64,000 nucleotides of DNA from assembly GCF_027921745.1 (NCBI RefSeq), contig NC_079238.1, forward strand, positions 1,550,001 to 1,614,000. The letters are read 5' to 3'. A program made the position numbers and the translations under genes. The notes beneath the pieces are model-generated. The model was not told the DNA's origin. It saw only the letters and a program-made list of their open reading frames with translations, and did not search any database. Of this stretch, positions 61,995 through 64,000 are shown piece after piece. Each line of letters starts with the position of its first letter. Position 1 is the first letter of the stretch. This DNA comes from Schizosaccharomyces osmophilus (lineage: Eukaryota).

Positions 61995-62025
61995 ACCCTA
62001 ACCCCACTCGTGACTGCCAGTCACC
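61995..62025. promoter_or_regulatory. Homol E-like element and inverted Homol D-like pair upstream of snR30
   Basis: ACCCTAACCC at 61995-62004; CGTGACTG at 62009-62016; CAGTCACC at 62018-62025. Confidence 0.55.
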
Positions 62026-62455
62026 ATAGAAACGTACCGATTTATAGAGGAGACGTAAGATAATATTATTATGAATATCGTATAAACGACTAGAATGGTT
62101 GGTTGGAATTCTTAAGAAGATGGGGTATGAGCATGAATATATAAGCATATGCGCGTAAAGGTAAAAAGGTATAGGTATGATTATATGAAAGCATACACAT
62201 GCTAGTAAAGAAACAAGTCATTTAACTTTGAAGGTTAGAAGAAATCACAATAAAAGATGATTGCAAAGTCTATGAAACATTTCCAGTTTGTACGTTTCTG
62301 ATCTGTAGCAAGACCTTCGCTGGGCCGTTTCCTAGTTCAGCTTTTCGTTATTTCATAGAGCAGATTTGGAATTCCACTCCTTGTCTGGTAAAACAGGATT
62401 CAAAGACTATTTCTAGAAAAGAAGCCCAAACTTCCACTTCATTTCCCTCTCGCTC

Positions 62456-63670
62456 ATGAAATTGGTTCTTATTTGTTTACTTTTAAGTATTGCAATTCCA
62501 TTCCTCGTTCAGCGCTTCCAGTCTGGTGTGATTCCTTTAAAAAATGTTTTAAGCGTCAAGGGTCTACCCCAAAAAACATCGCTGAATGCTTCTTTTTTGA
62601 TATTTGCAGAGTAAGAGACTATTTCAAAGTTCCATTTTTAGGGCTGTTTCACAAACTGCGGAACAATCGCTTATTATTGTTATTTTAGAGATGGAGATTT
62701 GCTTGACGTTTTACAGACGATTCGAACTGTAGAAGATCGATGGAATAAGCGATTTCATTATCCTTGGACATTCTTCAGTACAAAAAAAATCTCCTCATTT
62801 TTTATGGAAACTACGAGTTCTGTAGCATCCGGAAATTGTGAATACGGTAAGGACATTCAAGAGACATGAAGAAAATTAACAAGGCCTAGTTCAATGGGAC
62901 TCAACAGAATACTATGGGACAGGCTTAAAAGATACTATGTACTACTTGGAGCAATCAGAAAAGCTTTCAAGTGAGGGAGTCAAATACAGTAGATCGGGAT
63001 CCTTTCATCGATACCAAGAATGGATTTTGCATTCCCTGTTATACCATCCACAGCTTCGTTTTGAATATGTCTGGCGACTTGAACCTGGTCTTCGCTTCAA
63101 TTGCGAAGAAGAGTCGTATGTGAGATACAATAAGCAGGATTGACTCGTTTTAACGCTGTTTTAGAGATTATTTTGACGAAATGAGAAAACAAAATGCAAC
63201 ACTAGGATTCACCAACCATGTTTGCGAAACTAGGCGTTCAGGAATCCTCGAACTAGAACAAGCCTTGAACAAGTATGAGCAGGAAGGTATGCCGGATCAA
63301 CCTCGCATAGCATGGGAGTATTCCACAGAGGATATATATTGCAAATTCTGGCCGTACGACGAAATAATTGCTTTACGAAAATTTCGAGAGAATTCTTCCT
63401 TTGTTCAGCTGACACAACACTTGCTCAACGAAGGGGGTATTTATTACTATCGATGGAGTATGTATCTCAACTTTCTCTTTTTACTCACGTTTGCAACTTT
63501 TGAAAATAACTAACAATGAAATAGCTGAATCTGATATACTCTCTTTAGTGTTGAAAGTATACAACTCCTCAACTCTCCCTTTGGATACAGCGGGATACAT
63601 GTTTCGACCAGATATAAATCATTGCCCGGATATGGAGAGTGGAAGATGTGCTTGCTATGTAGACGATTAA
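62456..63670 (+). CDS. omh6: Divergent KRE2/MNT1-family (GT15) alpha-1,2-mannosyltransferase, multi-exon
   Basis: Type II anchor MKLVLICLLLSIAIPF; NASF; WNKRFHYP; YVWRLEPG..F.C; GGIYYYRW; HCP..C.C. Confidence 0.75.
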
Positions 63671-63808
63671 TCTCGATAAAGAACGGTGATTTTCTAAAAT
63701 GGCCTCTACTCCTTTATCTTGGATAAACAAGCACATCAAATCGAGGGAACCATGCAACCAATCTATCCTTACCTGTACCAATAAAAAAAAAAAGACAATA
63801 GACGTTCA

Positions 63809-64000
63809 TTAATTTTCATCATTTTGACGAGGCTTCATCGGTCCATCTGTAACTTTGTAATATACCACTGTAGAATCCGAACAAACTATACCCAAATATA
63901 TGTAAGATTCTCTTCCTGACAGGCCGCGTTCGTCCTGCACGAGCAAAAGATTTTGTGTTTTCATAGAATCAAAGATTGCACTAAGCGTTTTAATGGAAAT
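63809..64000 (-). CDS. sen15: tRNA-splicing endonuclease subunit Sen15, 3' part
   Basis: Manual translation ends YLGIVCSDSTVVYYKVTDGPMKPRQNDEN*. Confidence 0.85.
   Translation of the reverse strand: MSIKTLSAIFDSMKTQNLLLVQDERGLSGRESYIYLGIVCSDSTVVYYKVTDGPMKPRQNDEN

Noticed and set aside
1..64000. Tf-type LTR retrotransposons, tRNA genes, CRISPR arrays or prokaryotic systems
   Set aside because: No gag/pol ORF, TG..CA LTR pair, tRNA cloverleaf or regularly spaced repeat array was recognised by eye, and the DNA is eukaryotic.

Overview
Gene-dense, AT-rich fission-yeast DNA with short GT..CTAAC..AG introns. It is a Schizosaccharomyces species whose proteins are diverged orthologues of S. pombe ones; dispersed 5S genes next to wtf-like and lineage-specific genes suggest the S. 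octosporus/osmophilus/cryophilus clade. The window holds three blocks of housekeeping genes: pof10-rio2-mlh1-syo2-rsc9-pop4-sld5-nhm1-...-whi2-aco2; ade6-vtc4-rpl34-phb2-rqc2-hst2-gdh2; and apc5-rpl21-rps4-...-pdi4-snR30-omh6-sen15. As I recall the S. pombe systematic IDs, these blocks lie on three different S. pombe chromosomes. They are joined by two accessory islands anchored on three near-identical 5S rRNA genes. Island 1 (22.6-24.5 kb) has a short spliced wtf-like membrane-protein gene with a PY motif, plus a decayed neighbour. Island 2 (43.4-52.9 kb) has a cassette between two direct 5S repeats (hsp16, a PRISE-like reductase pseudogene, a truncated But2-family gene, adh8), followed by a DUF999-like membrane gene and a decayed ORF behind a duplicated Mei4/FLEX-type promoter. 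All family assignments come from reading motifs by eye and from memory; no database search was run.
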